Below, piece after piece: positions 53,401 to 60,674 of a DNA stretch of 64,000 bases; position 1 is the stretch's first letter; each line of letters begins with the position of its first letter. The notes under the pieces were generated by a model, which saw nothing but the letters and a program-made list of their open reading frames with translations, made no database searches and had not been told where the DNA came from. The stretch lies in assembly GCA_002633005.1 (NCBI GenBank), contig NMRA01000033.1, forward strand, positions 809,357-873,356, written 5' to 3'. The position numbers and the translations under genes were made by a program. The stretch is from Phoronis australis. Lineage: Eukaryota; Animalia; Phoronida.

Positions 53401-55830
53401 CCTGACTTACCCTTCCACCTTTTCAACCTGCGTTGAAACGGGGCACTCATCCCCCTCCTCAGTTGACACATCCATCATCTCCTCGACCCCAGGGTCACCA
53501 CCATCAGAGTGCACCTCAGAAACATCCAGTGACTCGACAGAATCATTGCTTATAGTGTCAGGGCTGACAAAGTCCTCACCAAACGGTGACTTAGTCTTTC
53601 TACTCGATCGAGATCTGAAACAAGGAGAAGATTGATAGACAAAGTTTGTGATAATGTGTAACATGTTTTTGCAATAACTTAAGGAAAAGACTTGCTACAT
53701 AATTCAGTAACTGCGGAATTTTAAGATTAATCAATATTTCTGAACACTATGAATTGAAAAATCACATCAAATTTTTGTATAATTCTTCTGTAGCCAGACA
53801 AAAACTAAAGCATGACTGAAAATGCAGTACGTGTATGCGCACCTATGCTTTGTCACTGCACAGTACATGACAAAAAAGATCAAACAAAATGACCCGGAAT
53901 CAGAGGTTTACACTGGATTCCAAAACTGGGAGTCCGAACTTTCCAAAGAAAATTGACTAACCACAAACGTTGCGCACTGCCGCTAAACTACAGAGTTCTG
54001 AATGGCATGGCAGTTTTTCACAGAGGTGAAACATAAATATTGGATAAGCCAACAAAACTCCTTATAAGGCAATAAGCGTTTCCATCCAAAGGTTTGTTGA
54101 TAATTCTTACAAAGCTGCTAGTCAGTCTGACCAGTGTCGCGGTTTGCACGGAATATTGAAAAGTGCATTAAGAGAGAACTTTTTGCGCAGTAAATTTCTT
54201 ACATCTGAAATGACTGATGGCCCATCTATCTGAGTGACAGCTGACCAGCCGATAACATTAAGAAAGTGGCCGTCATTTCAAGCAACTTATAAAATTTTGC
54301 CCGTCTTTTTAATTCTGGCCGTCCCATCGAACCAGTCCAAAATAAAATTCTGGCCGACCAAGAGAATGCCAAGACAGACGCTGTATAAACCCCCACCCTA
54401 CCGACGCACAGCATCATGGGTAAATACTGCAGATTCAGATGTAGCACTGTGGTATCTCTGGAAATGACTATCAGAAGAGCTTGTTGCCCACATTACTTTC
54501 ACTAATTCACAGTAAAATAGTCTTAACTGTATGCATACTACCATTTGTTGGAAACAGTTATTAATTTTGCTAGCCACATCCCCCAACACAGCTCTTACTG
54601 CGCTGCAGAAATTGCATGTTTTACCAACAAGGGACCAGTGTTATCGCAGTACGAGGACAACTACAAAAAGTGCCTGACAAAAGTTTTAACACAAGACTAG
54701 CTGGTAGAAAATGAACGTTATTCAACATAATACATGACTGTAAAGAATTACTCAACATCCATTCAGCAAATTAGACAAAGATATTACCTTGAGGATTTCT
54801 TCTTCTGTGGGTCACTATGTACCTCCCGCTTAATGCGAATCTTCAGCTCCTTCTGTTCGTCAGGTATACAGGTGATCTCAGGTGAGCTGGTGACGCTCAT
54901 CTGAGGAGAGTCAGTCTCTGACTCATCAACGCCTTCTGCTCTTTTACTTTTCTTCTGGCGAGCTATGGAAAACATAAGTCATGCGACTTTTTGAAAAAAT
55001 GCAGTTTTCAAAACAGTTCAAAAACTACTTTAGAAAATGCTCTTACTGTGAGCAGGCAAAATTTACATCACGCCAGTGACAAGAAATCATGATGGCACAT
55101 GCGTGGAGCTGTGGATAAATTCTAAATTACTTCCATTATCACAGCAGCAATTTGGCAACCTGCAGGTCACCAAATGGAACCTCAGATTGTGTTTGGCGTC
55201 CTGAGAAAAATTCCAAGTCGCCACTGCGAGTATCAAAATCAGACAATAATTTCCTCTACATTCACTTAAAGTTCGTGTTGACTTCCAAACTTTAAATTAC
55301 TAAGTTTTCCAACATTTACTACCTTTGATTCACAATCGTTCCCTTTATTTTGTGAAATCAGCACATTTGCCACCACGTTTAAATTACAAGAGGAAGTAAA
55401 CAGACAGAAGTCGGAATTGTTCAGCAAAAATCGGGCAAGATCAGCGAAATTCACGCCACTAGCCCATTCGGCCATCTGCGTTCTATATTCTTTCACGACG
55501 AAAAGAACTGGGTTAGAAAATGAAGGTATGCCTACCATACATTTAGGCATTTATGGGGAAATTGGGTGGCGCGATGGCCGTCAGGTTTTGTTTGGCGACC
55601 TGGGAATTTTGCCAGCAGAGCTTTGTCACTCGTGCAAATTTTCAGCACTCTGCTATAGACTCTTATAAACAATGTGTAGACAACAGCTACTCTAAATTTA
55701 GTCCAGTGACTAAGTACAAGAAGCCGAGTCACTTGAAAGGCCAATTAGCGTGAACGATAGCTCGTGCAGTTTAGCCCACACTGCTTCCCTTTATTGGGTT
55801 GAAAATATTTTAAATAGACTTACCAGACAT
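2182..55830 (-). CDS. KMT2C: Histone-lysine N-methyltransferase 2C/2D-like (MLL3/4 ortholog), spliced CDS of 56 exons, 3'-partial (FYRN/FYRC/SET off-window to the left)
   Basis: Phase-consistent GT-AG exons give the order ePHD, PHD cluster, PHD cluster, HMG, Q/P-rich region, ePHD. Recognised KMT2C/D motifs include GIGGFIVR, YLQEAFFGK, LKWEKDEALG, EQPLLIQDLLEQ, NNPFSESYQERE, TPDTIVSSSSPE, KKWKGIKWRKW and WVHLNCALWS. Confidence 0.95.
2982..3091 (-). CDS. KMT2C: KMT2C/D exon 55, pre-PHD zinc knuckle
   Basis: LMDRL...DTRRCILCHTKGDSETDGPAR; GTAAGT donor. Confidence 0.9.
3702..3806 (-). CDS. KMT2C: KMT2C/D exon 54
   Basis: PPPKKWKGIKWRKW conserved motif; TTTTAG acceptor, GTACAT donor. Confidence 0.88.
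4478..4621 (-). CDS. KMT2C: KMT2C/D exon 53
   Basis: CEGGNLVEHK...RRRSSSVDSK; phase 0 at both ends. Confidence 0.78.
4754..5261. mobile_element. ~510-bp MITE, TTAA-flanked with GG..CC termini (Kolobok-like, non-autonomous)
   Basis: Left end TTAA|GGTTATGTGGGACC, right end GTCCTCCATAACC|TT. The same termini occur at 17470-17979 and 50925-51450. Confidence 0.65.
5371..5463 (-). CDS. KMT2C: KMT2C/D exon 52
   Basis: EAEGDQVYFCSTTCYMQF, the FCSxxC motif. Confidence 0.85.
5910..6049 (-). CDS. KMT2C: KMT2C/D exon 51
   Basis: KPKFCRHCDVHL, a CxxC motif that could pair with the next exon's CxxxC. Confidence 0.85.
6150..6246. repeat. Degenerate ~20-bp GC-rich tandem repeat, intronic
   Basis: About 5 copies resembling GTGTATTGAGGCCCCATGC. 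Confidence 0.6.
6655..6805 (-). CDS. KMT2C: KMT2C/D exon 50
   Basis: VSVTLTLSNTAAEDVKGVLSAVADLL conserved motif; GTGAGT donor. Confidence 0.87.
7161..7348 (-). CDS. KMT2C: KMT2C/D exon 49
   Basis: VTVKHEIKKE...LKDYSNQ; GTAAGG donor, phases fit. Confidence 0.8.
8053..8231 (-). CDS. KMT2C: KMT2C/D exon 48
   Basis: NTPDTIVSSSSPE and SPFVPLVAPIP motifs; GTAAGT donor. Confidence 0.87.
10040..10187 (-). CDS. KMT2C: KMT2C/D exon 47
   Basis: QTTERPG...MPSPPLIGPRLDIPTR; phases fit. Confidence 0.78.
10820..11002 (-). CDS. KMT2C: KMT2C/D exon 46
   Basis: PLRGVYGQAVLDSTRDYYS conserved motif. Confidence 0.85.
10984..11271. repeat. ~98-bp tandem triplication overlapping the exon 46 acceptor
   Basis: ACCCCTCAGAGG(G/A)GACACACC at ~10983, ~11086 and ~11184. 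Confidence 0.8.
11828..12160 (-). CDS. KMT2C: KMT2C/D exon 45 (acceptor uncertain, several in-frame AGs)
   Basis: MDGILAQLKALPAVPLQEP conserved motif; GTAGGT donor. Confidence 0.75.
13741..13879 (-). CDS. KMT2C: KMT2C/D exon 44
   Basis: EEDQIVLTPEQQRQL...ERQRIL; GTAAGG donor. Confidence 0.8.
14241..14542 (-). CDS. KMT2C: KMT2C/D exon 43, LxxLL NR-box
   Basis: GSEIRDMLS...ENILLKRLLE. Confidence 0.82.
15306..15521 (-). CDS. KMT2C: KMT2C/D exon 42
   Basis: KGPKLPAPG...SDAK; GTGAGT donor, phase 1 at both ends. Confidence 0.78.
17002..17016 (+). promoter_or_regulatory. Putative CTCF-like motif
   Basis: GCACTAGATGGCGCT is a close match to the CTCF core CCACYAGRKGGCRSY. This is a motif match only. 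Confidence 0.3.
17470..17979. mobile_element. ~510-bp MITE, same family as 4754-5261, opposite orientation
   Basis: Left end AAGGTTGAGTAGGACC, right end TTTGGACACTTTTCAAGTGTCCTACATAAGCTT. Confidence 0.6.
18870..18998 (-). CDS. KMT2C: KMT2C/D exon 41, basic NLS-like
   Basis: KSKKKRKRRTKKEIEAE. Confidence 0.82.
19451..19516 (-). CDS. KMT2C: KMT2C/D exon 40
   Basis: HGPIGVPGLPQQQGAAPPPQP; phase 1 at both ends. Confidence 0.75.
19927..20001 (-). CDS. KMT2C: KMT2C/D exon 39
   Basis: SPMSPAQQFPGAPFPDRPM; GTAAGG donor. Confidence 0.75.
20311..20464 (-). CDS. KMT2C: KMT2C/D exon 38, coiled coil
   Basis: DENNPFSESYQEREK...EQQERLRLQMQQQVDHQRAL. Confidence 0.9.
21148..21360 (-). CDS. KMT2C: KMT2C/D exon 37
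   Basis: EKYGSNWP...RQEYEQYMQNRL; GTGAGT donor. Confidence 0.8.
22230..22385 (-). CDS. KMT2C: KMT2C/D exon 36, coiled coil
   Basis: EQSAVQKQLELIRKQQKQHQQLFQEYRTKQQ. Confidence 0.88.
22770..22924 (-). CDS. KMT2C: KMT2C/D exon 35, coiled coil
   Basis: KYEEWLMQHANML...HKKTKKVLNGRQKQ. Confidence 0.88.
23390..23604 (-). CDS. KMT2C: KMT2C/D exon 34, Pro-rich
   Basis: MPGHEGWPRHHFPP...SSAH; GTGAGA donor. Confidence 0.82.
24698..24834. repeat. Inverted repeat with 35-bp arms and ~67-bp spacer, intronic
   Basis: TTTACACAAACTTCGTTAAAGACACGACTAGACTT pairs with AAGTCTAGTCGTGTCTTTAATGAAGTTTGTGTAAA, one mismatch. Confidence 0.85.
25125..25201 (-). CDS. KMT2C: KMT2C/D exon 33
   Basis: EKIEQQRQAHQQ, continuing the QDLLEQ motif. 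Confidence 0.82.
25582..27335 (-). CDS. KMT2C: KMT2C/D exon 32, large disordered S/P-rich exon
   Basis: 1754-nt open exon with LDDLL...FNLLEEFADPELD and LLSEQPLLIQDLLEQ. Confidence 0.92.
26030..26400 (-). repeat. 21-bp coding minisatellite encoding (GPPHSMP)n
   Basis: Near-identical plus-strand units GTGAGG(T/G)GGTCCAGGCATACT, with degenerate flanking copies. Confidence 0.88.
27677..27806 (-). CDS. KMT2C: KMT2C/D exon 31
   Basis: MTPAERQRSPYLQMFRDRL...TPNL; phase 0 in and phase 1 out bridges the flanking exons. Confidence 0.72.
28434..28576 (-). CDS. KMT2C: KMT2C/D exon 30
   Basis: DGSVPVEGWPGARM...GLNQ; GTAAGT donor. Confidence 0.8.
29061..29232 (-). CDS. KMT2C: KMT2C/D exon 29, LxxLL motif
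   Basis: RVQLRQLLANHSKKRQQNKKK. Confidence 0.8.
29480..32710 (-). promoter_or_regulatory. Intronic cluster of TGCATG(GA) motifs, RBFOX-type element in pre-mRNA sense
   Basis: Plus-strand CATGCA at 29490, 29556, 30208, 30258, 30577, 32064, 32393, 32497 and 32700; eight of these read TGCATGGA on the minus strand. Confidence 0.5.
30613..32034. mobile_element. 1422-bp non-autonomous TIR DNA transposon with CAC...GTG termini, ~135-170-bp TIRs and 5-bp TSD TTTTA
   Basis: CACGGGTGAGAAACAACATGACCGCCGGTCCTC is exactly inverted at 32034. TTTTA lies at 30608-30612 and 32035-32039. No transposase ORF is present. Confidence 0.92.
33242..33711 (-). CDS. KMT2C: KMT2C/D exon 28, Pro-rich
   Basis: VISDKPPTP...MEEGDM; GTGAGT donor. 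Confidence 0.85.
34243..34396 (-). CDS. KMT2C: KMT2C/D exon 27, end of HMG box
   Basis: AKARENRANS...QLKGQSRH. Confidence 0.87.
34779..34924 (-). CDS. KMT2C: KMT2C/D exon 26, HMG box
   Basis: ATISPVLYANLNHPELKTEHPEWTERSKQIAKLWRKVPSEQRAPYL. Confidence 0.93.
35259..35491. repeat. 17-bp tandem minisatellite, ~13-14 copies, intronic
   Basis: Unit CTGCCTTCACGCCCAGA. Confidence 0.93.
35811..35926 (-). CDS. KMT2C: KMT2C/D exon 25
   Basis: NMRNILKWEKDEALG. Confidence 0.9.
36283..36421 (-). CDS. KMT2C: KMT2C/D exon 24
   Basis: PQFQLNQM...SPGIHS; phases fit. Confidence 0.78.
36984..37310 (-). CDS. KMT2C: KMT2C/D exon 23
   Basis: DDLLGML...DSKTVEDLFKGVL. Confidence 0.87.
37865..38072 (-). CDS. KMT2C: KMT2C/D exon 22
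   Basis: EAFFGKAVLD. Confidence 0.88.
38045..38276. repeat. ~100-bp duplication copying the exon 22 acceptor
   Basis: CAGGACGG(C/T)CTTACCAAAGAAAGCTT...GATACTAACTTAAGTC at ~38046 and ~38174. Confidence 0.85.
38575..38745. repeat. ~80-bp intronic tandem duplication
   Basis: GAGTCAAACGATTATCAATTCAAGTAACAC...TGTAGACTAAAA occurs twice. Confidence 0.85.
38901..39034 (-). CDS. KMT2C: KMT2C/D exon 21
   Basis: PKKKRRPKRKGALEESFPHYLQ. Confidence 0.88.
39860..40027 (-). CDS. KMT2C: KMT2C/D exon 20
   Basis: GIGGFIVRHRNRG. Confidence 0.88.
40149..40283 (-). CDS. KMT2C: KMT2C/D exon 19 (NAGNAG acceptor)
   Basis: EESLDTEDTK...KRNRYRRP; TAGCAG acceptor. Confidence 0.78.
   Translation of the reverse strand, partial: QERSLWTLKTLKHLMYPSPPACLSPLSCPLPLSRGTATVARQQH
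41136..41402 (-). CDS. KMT2C: KMT2C/D exon 18
   Basis: YVMDGVLLSENGFNQIRSL conserved motif. Confidence 0.87.
41814..41926 (-). CDS. KMT2C: KMT2C/D exon 17, PHD finger
   Basis: RWLHGLCD...GYHCLMCRP. Confidence 0.92.
42203..42367 (-). CDS. KMT2C: KMT2C/D exon 16, PHD finger
   Basis: CVICMNCGSKSPG...WQNNYTQCAPC...CPVC...QCTQCDR. Confidence 0.92.
42798..42979 (-). CDS. KMT2C: KMT2C/D exon 15, PHD finger
   Basis: GWRCLDCTVCEGCG...[20 protein letters not shown]...WKCK. Confidence 0.94.
43791..44018 (-). CDS. KMT2C: KMT2C/D exon 14, PHD finger
   Basis: QDMCVSCGSYGRGEEGRLIVCTQCGQCYHPYC. Confidence 0.94.
44287..44520 (-). CDS. KMT2C: KMT2C/D exon 13, basic linker
   Basis: KPHGKGKGKPSIGKK...; phase 0 at both ends. 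Confidence 0.82.
45307..45434 (-). CDS. KMT2C: KMT2C/D exon 12
   Basis: EENSVKEGTP...FGSFEK. Confidence 0.8.
46980..47091 (-). CDS. KMT2C: KMT2C/D exon 11
   Basis: LDSIECPDQE...MFK; phase 0 in, phase 1 out. Confidence 0.75.
48713..48827 (-). CDS. KMT2C: KMT2C/D exon 10, PHD finger
   Basis: YVHAECD...YLCPICK. Confidence 0.9.
49014..49130. repeat. ~31-bp tandem repeat, 4 copies, abutting the exon 9 donor
   Basis: AGCCAATCAAG(C/T)TAAAG recurs. Confidence 0.75.
49137..49327 (-). CDS. KMT2C: KMT2C/D exon 9, PHD and Cys-rich
   Basis: NCRVCGDCGSR...VCDSCYQQR...CPLC...MLCDAC. Confidence 0.92.
49768..49882 (-). CDS. KMT2C: KMT2C/D exon 8, PHD finger
   Basis: DDNKMLVCDTCDKGYHTFCL...GWKCK. Confidence 0.94.
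50351..50528 (-). CDS. KMT2C: KMT2C/D exon 7, PHD finger
   Basis: CVVCDVPGD...FCTSCGQHYHGNCL...RAGWQCPECKICQTC. Confidence 0.94.
50925..51450. mobile_element. ~525-bp MITE, same family as 4754-5261
   Basis: Left end AGATGTGTTGGACC, right end CCAAATTTGGACATTTTTCTACGGTCCTACATGACT|TTAA. Partial ends also occur near 33140 and 59968. Confidence 0.62.
51574..51736 (-). CDS. KMT2C: KMT2C/D exon 6, N-terminal extended PHD
   Basis: CSFCRHYGATIHC...YHYPCA...LLCPEH. Confidence 0.93.
52165..52274 (-). CDS. KMT2C: KMT2C/D exon 5, N-terminal extended PHD
   Basis: AHHCCAAWSEGV...YVDKAV. Confidence 0.9.
52631..52986 (-). CDS. KMT2C: KMT2C/D exon 4, pre-PHD knuckle
   Basis: CALCNCGEKSLLGQGD...DEINTVGYP...LFEPTG. 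Confidence 0.92.
53411..53614 (-). CDS. KMT2C: KMT2C/D exon 3
   Basis: SRSSRKTKSPFGEDF...KVEG; GTAAGT donor. Confidence 0.82.
54788..54962 (-). CDS. KMT2C: KMT2C/D exon 2
   Basis: RQKKSKR...ELKIRIKRE...KKKSSR. Confidence 0.8.
55824..55830 (-). CDS. KMT2C: Probable start-codon exon (exon 55824-55883; coding part ATG TCT G)
   Basis: ATGTCTG|GTAAGT supplies the phase-1 donor needed by exon 2, giving MSARQKK; TTACAG acceptor at 55884. Confidence 0.55.
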
Positions 55831-56234
55831 TCTACTTGACTAGTGCTCCAGACACATGGTAAGAGACAATGAGGTACCTTTCACTGTAATTAACAGGTAA
55901 ATAGCAATTGTGATATAGTGTAGATTCTTCAACTTAGGACACAATGTATCCTAAAACTTATTCCCAGGTCAAACTTGATAAAAAATCAAATACTAAGATC
56001 ATTGAGCTTTTTAAGGATAGTGAAAATCAATGTGCACACATCCCATAATCCAGAAAGTACCAGGAAGGTTTGGCTATCGTCTAATCGGTATGTAGGCAGT
56101 TGTTTTGGATAAATGCTACCCGTTTACTTATATGACAAACTGAACTTCTGGCTGCTTGAAATACTATTAAAATGACATAGCATGAATGTCTTCTGGCAGT
56201 GCTGTTCAAGATGACCACTATGCCATAATGTTTT

Positions 56235-56950
56235 AGGCATTAACAGTAAGCTTAAGTTATATTATGCATTTATAAGATCCTATTTTAATCACTGCCCCCT
56301 CGTTTGGCACCTATGTGGAATACAGAAAAGTAGGAAAATGGAAAAGATACAACACCGTGCTTTAAAGTTTGTGTTCAATGACAACGAGTCCAGCTACTCA
56401 CAACTCTTAGTTAAGGCTAGGAGCTGCTCTCTAACTAGTTGGCGGATGAAATGCTTATCTGTTGAAGTATTCAAAAATGTTCATATTATTGGACCCTGTC
56501 CTTTGTCAGGAAAGCTTGAATTTAGAGAGTCTGGATACGGTCTCAGAGGTGAAAACTGTCTCTATGTGAAACGCTTTAATACGATGACTTACGGATGTAA
56601 CTCAAATCTCCCATAAAGGTACTTTGCTATGGAACTCATTGCCATCAGTAATGAGACAATGTACTACCTTAAATGAATTTGCCACTCTTGCTCATGACTT
56701 TTTCTCTGAGATCTGCTCTTGTGAAGACTGCTATGGATGCCTACACGCTTCGTAACATGTATGTGTGCTTTTGTACTTACATTTATGTTTAAGTTCTGTA
56801 TATTCTCCGTACTGTAGAATTAGCTAGTATTTTAGTTCTGTTCATTTTGTAGATTTTAAATCTGTCGGATAATAGCACTTGTGCTAATGTTTCATTGTTA
56901 AGGTTCACCGACTTTTAAATAAAGATTATTACTACATTACTACTACTAAT
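56235..56950 (+). mobile_element. 5'-truncated non-LTR retrotransposon (L2/CR1-group ORF2 3' end)
   Basis: YYAFIRSYFNHCPLVWH...KMEKIQHRALKFVFND...SSYSQLL resembles the RT thumb region. It is followed by AATAAA and a (TAC)n-like tail at ~56918-56948. Confidence 0.82.
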
Positions 56951-57842
56951 CCTTTGTGTCTACGATGGCTCTCACTATCCGCCAAAAGGTCAATTGGCTT
57001 CATCTGCATTGTGTGGTTGCCACCATTGATCAACACAACATGGCTACACTAAGACTATAATTAAAATAAATTGAGGTCAAATGCATGAGAACAAGTGCAT
57101 GAAAACAAGGCTGGCGACACACATTTTGGGGAGCAGTAAATTGTGCTGGGTTTGAATTCTTAAGCATTAGAAAAATAGAACAGACTAATGCATTGACTAA
57201 AACTTTGTTTTTGACAATTTACTTAATCTTCCACGTGGCACCTGAATGAATACCAAGTGACTTTCATCAAAATACACATTGCAGCACTTGAGCCAAGGCT
57301 ACATCCAATTTCAAGCAAATAAAACAAAATTTCAAAAATGTAATAAATACTCTTATTTTTCCATAAATTAAACACATCAGAAATCCTTTCAATTCAAAAG
57401 TCAACTCAGGTCATAAGCCACAGTTGGCCATTCTGATAGGCAGTGATAATTAGTATCAAGCTTGGTTCTTTTGTTTCAAACGCCTTCGCCATGGTCTTGA
57501 CATTTGACCTCCACGATGACCATCAACTAAAACACCAAATATATGATATAAATTGAACAAGACGTCAAGTTCTACGTCAATTTCAATATTTGCCTATTGT
57601 GTTAGAAGTTAAAAGGACAAGCAGATCCTTAAGAAAGGGTGATTTATAGCAGTTCGTTTGGTGCAGCCTTCGATGTCTGCGCTGCTGAAAAATAAAATTA
57701 CAGACCCGTTAACAGGGCGGTTTTTTGACAAACAACGTACGATTTACCAACAAAAAGTCAGACACAATAATCTTTAGTTGCAAACATAGAATACCCATGG
57801 CAAAATACTGGACATCTAAACACAAACCAACCACAAAATCAC

Positions 57843-57900
57843 CTTGTTGTTTGCAAAATTACTCTGCCACAAGCCTTTAACTCTACGATCAGCCATATTG
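57843..57900 (-). other. Candidate non-coding first exon of KMT2C/D carrying a uORF
   Basis: AATATGGCT...AACAAG|GTGATT lies next to a CpG-rich stretch at ~58130-58640. Confidence 0.4.
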
Positions 57901-58129
57901 CCTAATCACGAATACGTACAACAAAGTATCACTACGATATCAAATGTAAATAAATTTTTATGTTCAATCTATCAACATTATTGATAAATTTGCATTATAA
58001 TTACGTACAGTTTATGCAATGAGAATGTTTTACTTATGTATTTTTGATTTTTTACAGAAATTATACAATATTCCTCGACTAGTGTAAGAATACTGTAAAT
58101 ATAGAACTATTTGCTACCATAACTAGTTA

Positions 58130-58640
58130 CATGGATCACCAACAGACGTCGGGATTTCACAGAGTGGTCAGTGCGACCTCTAAAACACCGGCGCGGGGAG
58201 TGTCTCTCGTCTGCCGCGGCAGTGCCTCACTCCTGGTCAGTCATGAGACAACTCCTACGCTAACACGTGAGATTTTGTTACCTCAACACCTAAACGAGTC
58301 TGATCCAGACTGAGGCTAACCCGTCCTAATCCATTCACAAATCAATGACAGATAGTTGACTCCATCCGGCATAGCGCGCGCCTGGGCCGCGCGGCCGGGG
58401 GTCATGATTACTGAGGTGCCCGCAGACGTGTACCAAAAATCCAAAAATTGAGAGAACCCCTAATGAGGGTGCCAGGTCTGCTAATTCCCAACCCCTTTAG
58501 CGGAGTAGATTTTTTTTTGCCGCATGAACAAAGGCACTAAAGAGCCGCCTAAATATTTTTAACATACCATCTACATCAAAATATGTGACACATAGCGCCT
58601 CTCTCAGTCTCCGCCGCCTCAGAGTGCGATCGGAGAGATT
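58130..58640. promoter_or_regulatory. CpG/GC-rich region upstream of KMT2C/D (possible promoter; may include repeat-derived DNA)
   Basis: Local CpG enrichment, for example GCGCGCGCCTGGGCCGCGCGGCCGG at ~58374-58398. Confidence 0.35.
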
Positions 58641-60476
58641 ACCGGTAGTTAGTGCATCTACAGTAATTAAACATTTTAATCAAAAACACAAAATGAGGAC
58701 ACGGGGTTTATTTTTGCGTTAATTTTCTATTGAAACAAACATTTATTCTTACATTTTTATTTTTATTTTTTATGACCATTTTCTATTGAAACAAACATTT
58801 ATTATTACATTTTTATTTTTTTATGACCATCCGCCTTTATTCACATTTAGACCATTTGCTGACGGAGGGAATACATAATTTTGTCATTATTTTTCTTAAA
58901 AATTACACCTACTCTACAGATGTTAAAATTGGCGATAATTGTTTTTTGTACGACTTTAAGTGATTGTTTGCATTTCTTAATTTCCCAGTCCCTGTACAAA
59001 AAGTGACAAAGCAAATATATGAACTTCACTGGAATCTTGACTACTAAAATTCGGAAATTGGAATGTTTAACGTCACGCAGGACCCCGAAATGGAAACCGA
59101 ACTCGAATTTATTTTTGACATCTTCCGTTCCTCAAATTTGGCCTAATTGTACCACTGATTGGGAAAACAGGCAATGGCATGGTATTTCTCTTTCGGTGAA
59201 CTGAATCACCTCATATACATTTTCAACTTAGCTAAGATTTTTTATTTTAAGTGATTTAACTTTTTTCAACATCTTTTATCAGGGAGTATACTGAAAACTT
59301 TCAAAGAGGCCTCGAACAGACTGAGCTTGTTGACTAAAGGCGTCAGACAGACTTGGCAGACTATGTGTCCACATAATTCATACGCAAGTGTGGGAAGGTG
59401 AGCCGGACTGCTTATTGCGGTCATCCCCGGCGTCCTGACATTAAGCTGGCGACGAATTTCAGACTCCTCGTTGGGTGGCAATTTTATATTTTTACATTTT
59501 CATATCTCTGTATCTTCGTAAGTTGGTGCGTTATTTTCATGACGGGAACTTGCAAATAGGTTTTTATTAAATAGACGACAACGCCTACGCATTTTAAACG
59601 AATATTACGGTATTCTGCACCACCAAAAGTGGGCATTTTATTTTTGCAAGGCCTTTTGGAAGTTTGGAAGGGGTATTCCTATATTAACTTCACAATAGAG
59701 TAGACGGGTCAGAGTACCGCTTCCCCCTGATGGCAATTGATTTTCAGTTCGTCTCATCTTTGGGATTGACGGATTTTCGTAAAATTTAGCAATCATTTTC
59801 TATTCGGAAGATACCTCCTCATTTTCGGATGCTTGTGACATACAGAAGGCAATCAAATTGACATTTTTATGGTACTAATAAACATCTATAAAATTGTAGA
59901 AATTTGGCTAAATGTGAGTCTTGTTGACAAGGTTCTACACATACACATTATATGGTCCTACATAACCTTAAATAGGAGATACAGCATGGGTGAAAAACAA
60001 AATTGACAGTAGGCATTCCAATGACTGTATTGTCATTAGATACATTGAAAATAATGTACACAGGTTACGAACATTAGAGTCGCTTCTAATAATGTTTGAA
60101 AAACCCAGTTTGAATGGGCAGCTAACTGGAACTTGAAGTTCTCTATCATTATTTAGGTGATTTGTAGATTATGATGCACATCAACGTGTGTATATTTATT
60201 GATTTTTATCGTCATAGTTGCGCATGCCAACTTCACGTGTTGTATTGCATTTGACATTTCTGATGTGCTTTTCGCTGTGAACTAGTTGTAGATAGTAGCC
60301 TGAAGATGAGATATGTGTCTCGAAATATCGCTTTTTAAATTATGTTACATACTGATGTCGTTTGGATTTTTATTGCACTGTTGTGATGTAAAGACAAGAT
60401 CTCTATTTAGAGAGTTTCAAAGAACTGAAATTAAACTAATTAAAACAGATCAAAGTGGCCACTGCCAAATTATAGT

Positions 60477-60538
60477 TATGTATGTATGTATTTTTGTATG
60501 TATGTATGTATGTATGTATGTATGCATGTATGTATGTA
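60477..60538. repeat. (TATG)n microsatellite
   Basis: Visible directly. Confidence 0.93.
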
Positions 60539-60668
60539 CAGGTGAGCCCATAAAAGAGGGCATAATGTGAAAAGCACTCCTTGGAGGTCTGAAACTAGTG
60601 TCCAGCTCAGCATGACAGTTTGAACTATAAATCAAAATAAACATTGGCAGTTTTGCTTATAAACTCAC

Positions 60669-60674
60669 TTTATT
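60669..60674 (-). terminator. Putative AATAAA polyadenylation signal of the upstream minus-strand gene
   Basis: TTTATT on the plus strand, ~0.8 kb past the candidate stop codon at 61463. Confidence 0.4.

Noticed and set aside
57400-57492. ACCATGGCG at ~57492 as the KMT2C/D start codon
   Set aside because: The frame stops within 30 codons and no suitable donor is visible.
60200-60340. Penelope-like terminus (CTGAAGATG...CGAAA), with a similar motif near 20545-20590
   Set aside because: Only a short motif resemblance, with no ORF support.
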